NCBI RefSeq assembly: GCF_002113885.1
Contig: NW_018408866.1
Location: forward strand, 799,700-863,699
Source of the DNA: Mizuhopecten yessoensis
Taxonomy: Eukaryota
Direction: 5' to 3'
DNA: 64,000 bases
Positions within the stretch are counted from its first letter, which is position 1; every line of letters begins with the position of its first letter. The notes under the pieces are model-generated. The model was not told the origin of the DNA. It did not search any database and saw only the letters and a program-made list of their open reading frames with translations. This document shows positions 49,105-62,700 of the stretch, piece by piece. The position numbers were made by a program, and so were the translations under genes.

Positions 49105-49810
49105 GGTTATTCAGATGTCTTTTTCACTAACAGTTGGGTGCTACTCAGATGTCTGACGCTAACAATTTGATATTATTCAAATATCTTTGACGCTAACAGT
49201 TGGGTGCTACTCTGATATCTTTGACGATAACAGATGGATGCTACTCAGAGTATTTTGACGGTAACAGATGGATGCTATTCAGATACTGTTGACGCTAACA
49301 GTTGGATGCTTCTCAGATATCTTTGACGCTAACCGATGGTTGCTATTCAGATATATTTGGCGTGAACAGTTGAATGTTATTCAGATACTTTTGACGCTAA
49401 CAGATGGATGCTATTCAGATATAGTTGGCGTTAACAGTTTGATGCTATTCAGATACCTTTGACGCTAATAGATGGGTGCTATTCAAATACCTTTGACGCT
49501 AACAGTTTGATGCTATTCAGATGCTATTAAGATATTTGTGGCGCTCACATTTAAGTTTTATATAGATACTGTTGACACTAACATTTGATTGCTATTCAGA
49601 TACCTTTGACGCTAACAGATGGATGCTATTCAGATACTTTTGACTCTAACATTAGGATGTTATTCTGATATTTTTGAGGCTAACAATTGGATGCTTCTCA
49701 GATATATTTGATGCTAAGATTTGGATGTTATTCAGATATTTGTGGCGCTTACATATGTGTTTTATATAGATATTTTCGGCGTTATCAGTTTAGTGCTATA
49801 AAGATATCCT
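49105..49810. repeat. Degenerate minisatellite, 34-bp unit, about 20 copies
   Basis: Unit CTATTCAGATATCTTTGACGCTAACAGTTGGATG. Confidence 0.9.
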
Positions 49811-51228
49811 TAGCGCACACAAGGTAAAATGAAGACACGGCTTGTTACAAAATTGTAAATTTTCATCATAAAACTTTAGATTTTTAAAGTGATATTGTCC
49901 TACATGAACATGAAAATGATTTAATCTATACACTGTTCAACCTTTTTAGTATTTCAAGTTTTGATAAATCTTTGTGTGCCAGTCTTATTGTGGTACTGTA
50001 TCCAACGCAGACTTTTCAACTGTTGTTAACACTTGCCGTGCTATACTTTATCTATTTTCTATGTATTTGATACTACTGACACGAGTACCTAACAGAAGTC
50101 GTGCGCCTTTAAAACGGAAGCATTTGTGATACCGTTCTTTGTTGTAGTATTAGTGACATTTTTTTCTTTAGAATCCCTCACTGGGGTGTATTGGTGAAGA
50201 GTGACACCGATCGATCTCCACTGATAGAAGGGCGTATGTTATTGACTTGTCTGAACATTACTGCGATACATTGCACACGTATCTCAACACTACCACCAAA
50301 TGTTCACAGCCCAGACTAGGGATGCTCCAACATATCGGTACCATAGGGATTAAATCTGAAGAAGAACAGAGTAACAGGGGAAATCCATCGATAGTTAGGA
50401 GATATCTAGGACAGCGATCGTGATACCAGTGTGGACAGCATGTGTGAGGGCGACACCTCAAAATGTTGTAACGCGGATTTACCAGCCGAGGGATATTTAA
50501 ATCAAAATCAGCTACGTGTGTGTATTTGTTCTGCTAGAGGAAGCACGGCGGAAGAATTGTCATTATAGGATCGTATGAAACGAGCACGTGTGTTTATATA
50601 TAGTCAGACACACACACAGAGTCGGCGAAGCGAGCTCGACATACTAGCGTGGACATTGTATATCGCGTCAGTGATATGATTTATACTGGAGATGACATTT
50701 ACAAACTGTAATCCACATCTCGAGTGTTTATATCTTTGATGCAGGGAGACAGCCGCACTCGTTCCAAGAAATAGGCGGAAGAGGACCCAGCACTCAGCAC
50801 TTAGCCTCGCTCCCCGAATCACGAATCGGGTCCTGCAGCTGTCGAGGTTCCCCCCATAGGTCCACGGATACCGGCGTCTTTTTCTTCCTCTTTAGTGAAA
50901 CGGAAAAGTCAACTTGACATGTCTTGGTACGTATGTATACATTTTGCCGGTACGTATGTTACTTTCAATGTTCATCTAGACAAGCCGGAAGATTTGTAGA
51001 CCTTGACAAAAATATAAGGATATCGGATTTTCTGTAAAGTCGATGGAGCATGTTCAAGTGGTTACTTATGTAAGAGGAAGCAATCTTTATACCTGCCGTT
51101 TATAAACACTAATGCTTTACATTTACTTAGTATGGTGACCTGTGATCAAAGTTTAGTGATTTTCTCGTGAATGTTCGTTGTGGATTGTATTTCAAATTCG
51201 GAAAAAGACTAAATAAAATCGGTGTATC

Positions 51229-51582
51229 ATGGGTGCTGGCGCATCAAAACAGAGCGCCGCTCGGCGTAAGGTTCAGGCTCTGGCCGCTTTCGACGAGGCA
51301 GGGAGAAGGCACCGAGAGAAAAAAGGACACGGGGGTTCAAAGAAGGGTTTAAGGAAACGTTTATCACGGGTGGACGAGGTAACAGAGGACGAGCCTTCTA
51401 TGGAGAGAACGTCCTCTGTCTCCTCTAACTGGGTACGTCTCCGGGAGAGGAGTTTGCCGAGTATTGAACTACAGCCGAAGACTACACTCAGACTCAGCGA
51501 CTTCAACAAAGTTGTCAGACAGAAGACACTCGACCCGGACGATGAGAAACCGCTAGACATTCCGTATGGAAGGAGAGAAAAG
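51229..51582 (+). CDS. First coding exon of an unidentified gene; N-myristoylation-type N-terminus (MGAGASK) followed by a basic, disordered region
   Basis: 118 open codons, GC-richer than flanks, start context ATCATGG, ending at a phase-0 donor AAG|gtaacc. CpG-rich upstream region (about 50500-50900). No downstream exon could be identified in the window. Confidence 0.65.
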
Positions 51583-54134
51583 GTAACCACATTGTATAGT
51601 GTTAACAATAAATAATAGGTTTATACAACGAACTTTTAGTTCATAGGTAAATTTCGTCATAAACACAACGTTAACATGTTTAACATTAACGAAACAGCCT
51701 CTTGCTAGGAGATATACCGGGTTATCAGCGATGAATGTATGTATTATTTCTAGAATGAAATCATTCGTAAGATAGCTTGTAAAGTTAATGACTCTACAAG
51801 ATGTTTTTTTTACTATAAGTTATTATAAGATATTTAAAAAATCACATTATTGTTTCTATGGTTCATGACATACAAAGCTTGGGAGATACATTATAAAGTT
51901 GATACTTTATACCTGTAGTATTAGTCCGAATTATTCTGACGTTTTATCGACTTTTTTATATCGGTCTGTCGTCGATAATTCGGACTACTGTAGTACATGT
52001 TTGAATTTATTACAAATAAATAATGTATCTGATAAATTTCACTTCGATATAAACTGTATTGATATTTTGATAAAATATGTTTTGAATTTAATGATATATA
52101 TGCGTCTCTATTCAAATGGGAAAATATTATTAGATGTTAAAATGTTAAAATGGCCTGCCTGTTTACCCACTACTAGTTGATACATAGGGTGACTACTACA
52201 AGTGTGTACAGTGTTCTAAAATGTATACGACGCGTACCACTTATAACTGTACAGTATATTTGCTGGCGATGACATGCTTATAAACACATCCCTGTACACG
52301 TGTCCTTGCGGGATGTAGATGAGGTCGGTATGACAACCACTTGCATTGTTTCACACGCCGGCGACATCCACTGTCACTAAGAAATGCTGACATGTTGAAG
52401 TTCGGCTAACTTCGAGAGAGCTTCTCACGTACAATGATCATGCATTACATATATGTTTTGTCGTCTATCTCACCCCATTGACAAATGTACGTAAATCCTA
52501 CTCCTTGCCTTGTTTGTTAGTAACAACCGTGTTCTACCCTTAACACTCAAAGTTGTACAAATGGATGGCCGCAGATCGAACCGAAACATTTGCAAAGCTT
52601 ACTCTAAGTTAAATACGATCGTTTATGAACGTTTATATAATAAAAAAAAAACACTACAATTTAGCATGTGTTTTTGAAATGCTAATAAAGATCCCAGAAA
52701 CATAAATCATTGCATTGCTTCTACTGATACATCAGACAGCATGACGTTCCAAATGATAATTTGTCCAGTTTGTGATATCTACGGGTGGCGTGTTAGGAAT
52801 TAGAGCGACAGTTCGTCAGTTCTAGAGGAAAATCATGATGTTATTGGATTTTGTAAATTTAAGTATGTACATATCTATTATTATTAGCAATTTCATAACT
52901 TTCACAATACCCTCGCTAAATGTATTCTGGTTTCCAATTATGTAACACAGTATCGCTATGACCTACCCGATCACGAGTAGTTCCAAGTGGTACTTGAAAA
53001 ACAAACCCTATACGACCAACCGTTCCAACACATTTCTGACGAATTCTTTTCTGATTTGTACGTAAGCACTTACAAAGGCCAATAAGTGAATCTTTAAGCC
53101 ACACAGTAGAGCATATTGTGTAGAATTTTGCACGTAATCAGGCCAATGTGCTTAAGATCAATATAGACACGTGTGAGCACACACACCAATAATGCAGTTC
53201 TGTAGCTAGTGTGTGTATTCTCTGCAGAAGGGTATACCGCCCGATACTGTCTGGATATGCTTTAGAATTATCATCAGTCGGCTTTGAGGAACGGACTCGG
53301 ATTAAGAGAAAATATAATCGATACGAAAGCCTACTGTTAAATCCGACAGTGTCTGTGATGGTGGAAAATATTAGCTGGGAGAGAGTTTACACGAGTCTCA
53401 TGTTATGGTGGAAGTAAATGAGGGCAAATGTACAAAAAAAACATTGTAGTTCTAGCTAAAGGCTTATCTTAAACGTTCGCGTAATCATAACTTTGAATAG
53501 AATTTAATTGAATTCTCGTTTCCAGTATTTGCGACTTTAATATAATATAAAAACTGGGCCACCTTGTTGTAAACATACCATAATTTATTTTCATACTCAG
53601 GATTCACTCATCAAGTTTTAAATGCAAGAGCTATCAATGTAGTATTATTGGAATGTCATGTGTGTATCTTGGTCGACTTTGTGTCTTTAAAGTGTTGAAA
53701 TCTACTGCGATATCAAAACAATATGACAGAGTGGTGTTTGTACACTGTAACTTAGTGGGGTTTCAATCCTGGTAGTATCATACACAAAACTTATCATTAA
53801 TGCCATTTTGGGGCCAAGGGAAGCATTAAGTAAATCATTTCTGTGATAACAAGAGAAACCCCAACAAATTATTGCCTTTGATACATACATTTAATAACGG
53901 AGTTTTATTATTCAAGTTTAAAAGCACTGTCATGTTTATACAGGTATTTAAACTAGGAGCGGACCCATTTACTTGAAGACGACGTCGCACGTTTTCAAGT
54001 ATTTAAACATTGACAAACGTATAGACTATCGATGACATATGTGCTTTAAATCTAGACGCAAAGGTCATTGTAAAATAAATAGCATTTCTTAAATATATAA
54101 TACGTGTAAAATGAAGAGATAATACATGTAAAAA

Positions 54135-54372
54135 GTACAGGATTTCTCATAGCTACAATAAATGGGAAACGGACAGGATTTCTCATATCTACAATAAATG
54201 GGAAACGGACAGGATTTCTCATAGCTACAATAAATGGGAAACGGACAGGATTTCTCATATCTACAATGAATGGGAAACGGACAGGATTTCTCATATCTAC
54301 AATAAATGGGAAACGGACAGGATTTCTCAGATATACAATAAATGGGAAACGAAAAGGATTTCTCAGATATAC
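54135..54372. repeat. Minisatellite, 36-bp unit, about 6.5 copies
   Basis: Unit ACAGGATTTCTCATA(T/G)CTACAATAAATGGGAAACGG. Confidence 0.95.
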
Positions 54373-54835
54373 GATACACTTTAAAGTTTCGGATACCGGT
54401 TGTCGGTGGTGTCTGAAATACTGTATTTAATCGAATATTTCAAACTACAACAGTGCGTTTATTAAAAATTCGTAAGCAATGGCTACATCGCATGTAAAAC
54501 TTCATTTTCTGTTTCAGTGATAATTGTTTATACACTGCTATCGCGCAAACGATATCATGTCGATTAGCTATTTTGACACGGGCAATATATCATATCGGTT
54601 ATATGTCATGTTCTAAAGTAGGAAGTAAGAAGGATAATATTTTGTTGTTGTTTTCTTCTCGAGACAGCATGCACCAATCATTACGTGTAGAGAATATATA
54701 ATATGAGTTCCTATTTTGATATGAAGCGTTCTTGAAAAAATGTTTATGGTAATATATATTGAAACAAAGACAGGAAGGGAGCGGTCACGCCCTAGGCCAG
54801 TGACAAAGTTCAAGGTCTATGGCATAAATATGGCC

Positions 54836-55510
54836 GACATACACTGTGTCTATGTCCCTGGGTACGATCTGGACGTTTGGTTCTGCCATACACTGTGTCC
54901 ATGTCCCTGGGTACGGTCCTGACGTTTAGTTCTGCCATACACTGTGTCCATGTCCCTGGGTACGGTATGGACGTTTAGTTCTGACATACACTGTGGCCAT
55001 GTCCCTGGGTATGGTCTGGACGTTTAGTTCTGCCATACACTGTGTCCATGTCCCTGGGTATGGTCTGGACGTTTAGTTTTGCCATACACTGTGTCAATGT
55101 CCCTGGGTACGGTCTGGATGTTTATTTCTGACATACACTGTGTCCATGTCCCTGGGTATGGTCTGGACGTTTAGTTCTGCCATACACTGTGTCCACGTCC
55201 CTGGGTACGGTCTGGATGTTTATTTCTGACATACGCTGTGTCCATGTCCCTGGGTACGGTATGGACGTTTAGTTCTGACATACACTGTGTCCATGTCCCT
55301 GGGTACGGTATGAACGTGTAGCTCTGACATACACTGTGCCCATGTCCCTGGGTACGGTATGGACGTTTAGTGCTGACATACAATGTGTCCATGTCCCTGG
55401 GTACGGTCTGGACGTTTAGTGTGTCCATGTCCCTGGGTACGGTCTTGACGTTTAGTTCTGAAATACACTGTGTCCATATCCCTGGGTACGGTCTGGACGT
55501 TTAGTTCTGC
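54836..55510. repeat. Minisatellite, 49-bp unit, about 14 copies
   Basis: Unit CATACACTGTGTCCATGTCCCTGGGTACGGTCTGGACGTTTAGTTCTG(C/A). Confidence 0.95.
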
Positions 55511-58423
55511 ACGATTGCTTCTCACCTTGCTGTATATGCCGTCTGTTGTTGTCCATATGAAACTATCGTTTTCCTATTTTATATTCGTGTGAAGGTTTGC
55601 CTGTTTTGATAGAATTGCTAGTTTATGACTGTCGGAAATTATTCTAGAAGTTTATTAGTCCGAAATGTCAAACGCACATCTAGTCTGATGTAGTCATGGC
55701 GTGTCTATGATGAATCATGACGTTCGAGCTGGCGAAACTCATTTAGAAATTCATCCATCTTGTTCACCATTTTCGTTTCTATAACATAACCGGCGTAGCG
55801 TTTTAGGTCCTCGATCGGTCTACTATGTTTGAAACATCTATATATTTTCACAAGTTCTATTCCTTTTTTTGGAAACTGCGCGTTATCTATTTGTTCAGCA
55901 TTTGGAAACTGCGCATTGTCTGTTTGTTCAGCAATCGTTGCCTTATTTAGTACAATCACGTTCTTAATTGACCAAATGTCATACTTAGCTCGCATGGTTT
56001 TAGAAATTGAACGAAACGTCTAACGTTCATACTAGTTGAAAGTATACTGCTGTTGTGGAATTAAATGTTGTTTCTATACATTGTACGATTTATCTCCTGA
56101 TGTAGAGGAACATAAGCCGGCTTATAATGATATATAAACGTCAGTACATCTACCGAGTTCGCCAACATAGTACAATGTCACATAGCAATCCTTTAACGTC
56201 AAACCCGAGGACCACATAGACATTCGATATCTTCATTGTCAGTCGTGAACTGAGGACAGTGTACACAACAAATACACACTGAAATATACAGTTTCCTTCA
56301 AATTATAAGCTTTTCCTTTTGATTTCATAATCTACATTGATTGAAACTTTCAAATATCAACATGGTTACATGCATTACGTGCTGCGTTACTGCATGTTTC
56401 AACTCGTGACATGATTTACTAGCAAAACTAATAAACACGGTCATATGACAGGATTATCACCTTTTAAATCCATAAGATTATCAATCTTGAGCAGTGTTTA
56501 AAAAATCAAACAAATTGAAGTAATTGAGAAGGCTATTTAAGCGCGTTATTTAAGGAACATAGCTGTTTAAACTTCCTATTGCGTCAATTTGATAAATGCA
56601 TTCTAAAGTTCAATGTTATGTTCTCTATTTTAAGAACTCCTAGTCTGATTTTTACCAAAATTCAAACGGCATTCGTTTCGAAAGGTACGCTAGCTTCTTA
56701 AAATCACAACATGCATGCCTCAATTACGTTTGCTTCACTAATATAGTACATATCATTGAAGCTAACTTGCTGAAGAAACTGAGCAGCCTTTCTTGCTTAA
56801 TTGCTGTCAAAACAAGATGGCAAGCTGAACACATGAAGTCAGATAGAGAGATTGGTCTATCATTAATCTGAGTAGGGGTCAGAGACCTAGCCGATGCGTT
56901 ATCTCTCACAGCAACAGTAAGCATATTTATGAGTTAATGTATCGTAATGGTATGACAAATCATTCCGAACAAATTTTTCACACTAAAGTCCTTGACCTGA
57001 GCGATACATGGAACATACTACAGACAACGTATAGAGAATATGGACTAGTAATGTACAGTTTTAAACGTATTTCTGCTATACTTTGTAAAGTATATACAGT
57101 ATTTAATTAAGGAAAATACATTTACTTAACAAATCTTGTTAATGTTTTGAAGTATCAGTAATTGTTTTACTTTTAAAGACAGATATATTCCCAATAGCGT
57201 GCATTGAAATTGAAATTTGGTACAAAACAAATTGATAAGTAACAAATTGATAACCTTTGGTTGAGAGGAGTAACATTCTTTGTAATATGTTAACTCATTT
57301 GGTTTATTTTTGTAAATTTCACTTGCTATAGCCAAATAGTGTTTTATACGATTCCAGTTAGACAAACGAGGCACTTAATCGAGAAATATTTTAATGAGAT
57401 AACAATACTGCAGTGTAGAGAGAAAAAAGATCAACACAGTATATGTAATACATGGTTTAAATGCTCTAAGCAAGTGTTTTCCTCGATCTAAAGAAATGTA
57501 TTCTAAGATTAATTTGTGATTTTATTTTTTAAATTTGTACATCTTCTTGGCAATAAATCGCTTTTAACTTTTACTTCAAAATTTAATGACAGTATAATGA
57601 AGGTAGAAAATTGCGTCAACTGTACTATGATCTGGTAATGTCATTTATTTGAGGCGGTCATTCGAAGTTTAAAGTTATTTTTATCGAACGAACCAAACAT
57701 GCCTGCAAACAATTTAACTGACTTTATTTTGAAGTTGACATATATTTTTAGGACGACTTTAAAGAGTGTCAAGTGTATGTACTCGATTCTTCCAGTAGCC
57801 TTGATATGTAAGATCAAGGCTCGAACAGGGCCACTATTGATCGAAGGAAAAGCTTTAGGAAATACAGATTAGGAATATTGATGTTGGGTATTATGTTATC
57901 TACCATTCTGTGTAAATAACTCTCCGAACGATCCTCAAACAGGTGTTTCTGACGTTTAAATAGAGATAGTCTTCTCCAATGGGAATTATGTATTGACACA
58001 GGTAAACGAGGGCATGTAACCTAACAATTCATAAAATGAATTATAGCATTATAGACTTTCTGCTATTAAACGTTTTTGAAATGGAGTTGTTTAGCTGATG
58101 TACTTATTTTAGTCTATTGATGCATATCTTTCAGGTTACATACTAAAGGTATGTTTGTAAGTGTGTCGGGGCACATAATTCGAGTACCTTGTACAGCGTA
58201 TATAGAATAGAAAATAAAGGTTCGTATAGCACAGCCAGAGAAGTCTTTATGTGTGACGTTCCTGTGTCTTGTACGGTACGTACCTTGTCACCTTCATCAG
58301 ATAAATAACCAGTGAAGCTTATGTACATAAAGGTGTACACTATGTACGAGGTGTCAATAAAGCCGCCGTCAATTCGGCAACTATAACCAGCATATCAAAT
58401 GGGGTTATACGTGGATGTGTTGA

Positions 58424-58717
58424 ACGAAATATGTCCCAAGCCAAGTAAGGTAATAACGAAGTATGTCCCCAGCCAAGTAAGGTAATAACGAAATATGTCC
58501 CCAGCAAAGTAAGGTAATAACGAAATATGTACCCAGCCAAATAAGGCAATAACGAAATATGTCCCCAGCCAAGTAAGGTAATAACGAAATATGTCCCCAG
58601 CCAAGTAAGGTAATAACGAAATATGTCCCCAGCCAAATAAGGTAATATCGAAATATGTCCCCAGCCAAGTATGGTAATAACGAAATATGTCCCCAGCCAA
58701 GTATGGTAATAACGAAA
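58424..58717. repeat. Minisatellite, 32-bp unit, about 9 copies
   Basis: Unit AACGAAATATGTCCCCAGCCAAGTAAGGTAAT. Confidence 0.95.
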
Positions 58718-59700
58718 CAATCATATTAAAGTATTCAATACACTTTACTGGTGTAATTGTTGTCGCCTCAAGGACGTATCATGTTTAATCTTGGACCATT
58801 TACCTCGAGTCTGTTGATTCATACTGCTTTAATATTCGACACCACATGAAACCAAACCTTTAAATCAGTGTTGTGTTTCGTTATTTTTCAATAATAATAA
58901 CTTTAAAGAGACTAGTCGTTCTCAATTATTTGATGGATTGTATATTTAACTTTCAAATAAAAACTGATGAACATGAATACTTAAGTGTCACTGTGGAGCA
59001 AATACCTATTCAGTGGACATCTGCAGTGTGTAATTCATGTTATTCGAAACTAATTGATATTCTATTTGCAATAAATGGTGTGAAACTTGGCATATACACG
59101 TTTGATGTTTGAAAAGTTAAAATCCTTTAAATGAATAAAACTCATAAATATTCTGCTATTATCGATGGTGCTTCGAAGGTCTTTTCGAGATTTGTTTAAT
59201 GTTCAAAGGTGAGTAACGCCCACATGTATGGTAAAGAGGTTTGTTTATACAAACGAAAGTAATAAGGAAGCACTGCGGATAGAAAATTCCTTAGTTTGAT
59301 TTTTGTTCTGGGGAAGATGTTTGAATCATCTCGTTCGTCAATACGTTTTGATCTTTCTTGTACAGGTTTACATGAATCTTTTAATATATGTTCGGTTAAG
59401 ATGTTCCAAGTCGAATACTGCATTTAAGATGGTTGTGTTGTAGGTACAATTGTGTGATCACTATCTAATTGTACTAAGGTGGTGCAGCTGCCATTTTTAT
59501 CCTTGACCGAGTAACCTAAGACTAGATGTCAACCAATGCGGTAAAGTCTTACTATCTTGTTTGTGAAAATGTGCATATGAAAAGTAACTTCAAACGCTTT
59601 GTAAAGGGACTACTACAGATGATCATTGATAAAATTATGGTTTATTTTAAGTGAAATATAAATCAAATCAATACACGTACAGTACCAACAATTGACTCGA

Positions 59701-62700
59701 GCAGTATTTACGTAAGATCACCTCGTATATTGTTGTTTATAACTCCGACACGATTGTCACTATAACTCAGGCAGTGTTCACCTAGGATCACCTCGTATAT
59801 TGTAGTTTAACTCAGGCAGTGTTCACGTACGATCACCTCGTATATTGTAGTTTATAACTCCAACACGATTGTCGATAACTCAGACAGTGTTCACGGAAGA
59901 TCACCTCGTATATTGTAGTTTATAACTCCGACACGATTGTCGATAACTCAGACAGTGTTTACGTAAGATCACCTCGTATATTGTTGATTATATCTCCGAC
60001 ACGATTGTCGATAACTCAGGCAGTGTTCACGTAGGATCACCTCGTATATTGTAGTTTATAACTCCGACACGATTGTCACTATAACTCAGGCAGTTATCAC
60101 GTAGGATCACTTCGTATATTGTAGTTTATAACTCCGACACGATTGTCGATAACTCAGGCAGTGTTCACGTAGGATCACCTCGTATATTGTAGTTTATAAC
60201 TCCAACACGATTGTCGTAACTCAGACAGTGTTCACGTAGGATCACCTCGTATATTGTAGTTTATAACTCCGACACGATTGTCGATGACTCAGACAGTGTT
60301 CACGTAAGATCACCTCGTATATTGTAGTTCATAACTCTGACACGATTGTCGATAACTCAGGCAGTGTTCACGTAAGATCACCTCGTATATTGTAGTTTAT
60401 AACTCCGACACGATTGTCGTAACTCAGGCAGTGTTCACGTAAGATCACCTCGTATATTGTAGTTTATAACTCCGACACGATTGTCGATGACTCAGACAGT
60501 GTTCACGTAAGATCACCTCGTATATTGTAGTTTATAACTCCGACACGATTGTCGATAACTCAGACAGTGTTCACGTAGAATCACTTCGTATATTGTAGTT
60601 TATAACTCTGACACGATTGTCGATCACTCAGGCAGTGTTCCCGTAAGATCCCCTCGTATATTGTTGTTTAGTGTATATTGTAGTTTATCACTCCGACACG
60701 ATTGGCGATAACTCAGGCAGGGTTCACGTAGGATCAACTCGTATATTGTTGTTTATAACTCTGACACGGTTGTCGATAACTCAGATCACCTCGTATATAG
60801 TTGTTTATAACTCTGACACGATTGGCGATAACTCAGGCAGGGTTCACGTAGGATCAACTCGTATATTGTTGTTTATAACCCCGACACGATTGTCGTAAAT
60901 CAGGCAGTGTTGACGAAGGATACCCTCGTATATTGTAGGTTATAACTCTGACACGATTGTCGATCACTCAGGCAGTGTTCCCGTAAGATCCCCTCGTATA
61001 TTGTAGGTTATAACTCCGACACCATTGTCGATAACTCAGGCAGGGTTCACGTAGGATCAACTCGTATATTGTTGTTTAGTGTATATTGTAGTTTAACTCA
61101 GGCAGTGTTCACGGAGGATCACCGCGTATATTGTAGTTTGTAATTCCGACACGATTGTCGTTACTCCGGCAGTGTTCACGTAAAATCACCTCGTATATCG
61201 TTGTTTATAACTCCTTTATAACTCCGACAAGACTGTCGATAACTCAGGCAGGGTTCACGTAGGATCACACTCTGACACGATTGGCGATAACTCAGGCAGT
61301 GTTCCCGTAAGATCCCCTCGTATATTGTTGTTTAGTGTATATTGTAGTTTAGAACTCTGACACGATTGGCGATAACTCAGGCAGTTTTCACGTAAACTCA
61401 TATTGTAGTTTATACCTCCGACACGCTTGTCGATCACTCAGGCAGTGTTCAAGTAGGATCACCTCGTATATAGTTGTTTATAACTCTGACACGGTTGTCG
61501 ATAACTCAGACAGGGTTCACGTAGAATCACTTCGTATATCGTAGTTTATAACTCTGACACGGTTGTCGATAACTCAGCCAGTGTTCACGTAAGATCAGTA
61601 TTTACCTAAGATCACCTCGTAGATTGTTGTTTATAACTCTGACACGGTTGTCGATAACTCAGCGTATATTGTAGTTTGTAATTCCGACACGATTGTTACT
61701 ATAACTCCGGCAGTGTTCACGTAAGATCGCTGGATTACCTCGTATATTTTTTTTTATAACTCCGACAAGACTGTCGATAACTCAGGGAGTGTTCACGTAA
61801 GATCTCTTCGTATATTGTAGTTTGTAATTCCGACACGATTGTTACTATAACTCCGGCAGTGTTCACGTAAACTCACATTGTAGTTTATAACCCCGACACG
61901 ATTGTCGAGAACTCAGGCAGTGTTCCCGTAAGATCCCCTCGTATATTGTAGTGTATAACTCCGAAACGATTGTGACTATAACTCAGGCGGGTATCACGTA
62001 GGATCACTTCGTATATTCGTAGGATTACCTCGTATTCGATAACTCAGGCAGTTATCACGTAGGATCACTTCGTATATTATCACCTCGTATATTGTAGTTT
62101 AGAACTCTGACACGATTGTCGATTACTCAGGCAGTGTTCCCGTAAGATCACATCGTATATTGTAGTTTAGAACTCTGACACGATTGTCGATAATTCAGGC
62201 AGGGTTCACGTAGGATCAACTCGTATATTGTTGTTTAGTACTCCGACACGATTGCCGGTAACTCAGGCAGTGGTCACGTAAGATCACCTCGAATATTGTT
62301 GTTTATAACTCTGACACGGTTGTCGATAACTCAGCGTATATTGTAGTTTATAAATCCGACACGATTGTCGTTACTCCGGCAGTGTTCACGTAGAATCACC
62401 TCGTATATTTTAGTTTATAACTCCGAGACGATTGTCGATAACTACGTAAGATCACTTCGTATATTCGTAGGATTACCTCGTATTCGATAACTCAGGCAGT
62501 GTTCACGTAGGATCACTTCGTATATTGTAGTGTATAACTCCGACACGATTGTCGTAACTCAGGCAGTGTTCACGTAAGATCACCTCGTATATTGTTGTTT
62601 ATAACTCCGACACGATTGTCGATAACTCAGGCAGTGTTCACGAAGGATCACCTCGTATATTGTAGTTTATAACTCCGACACGATTGTCGTAACTCAGGCA

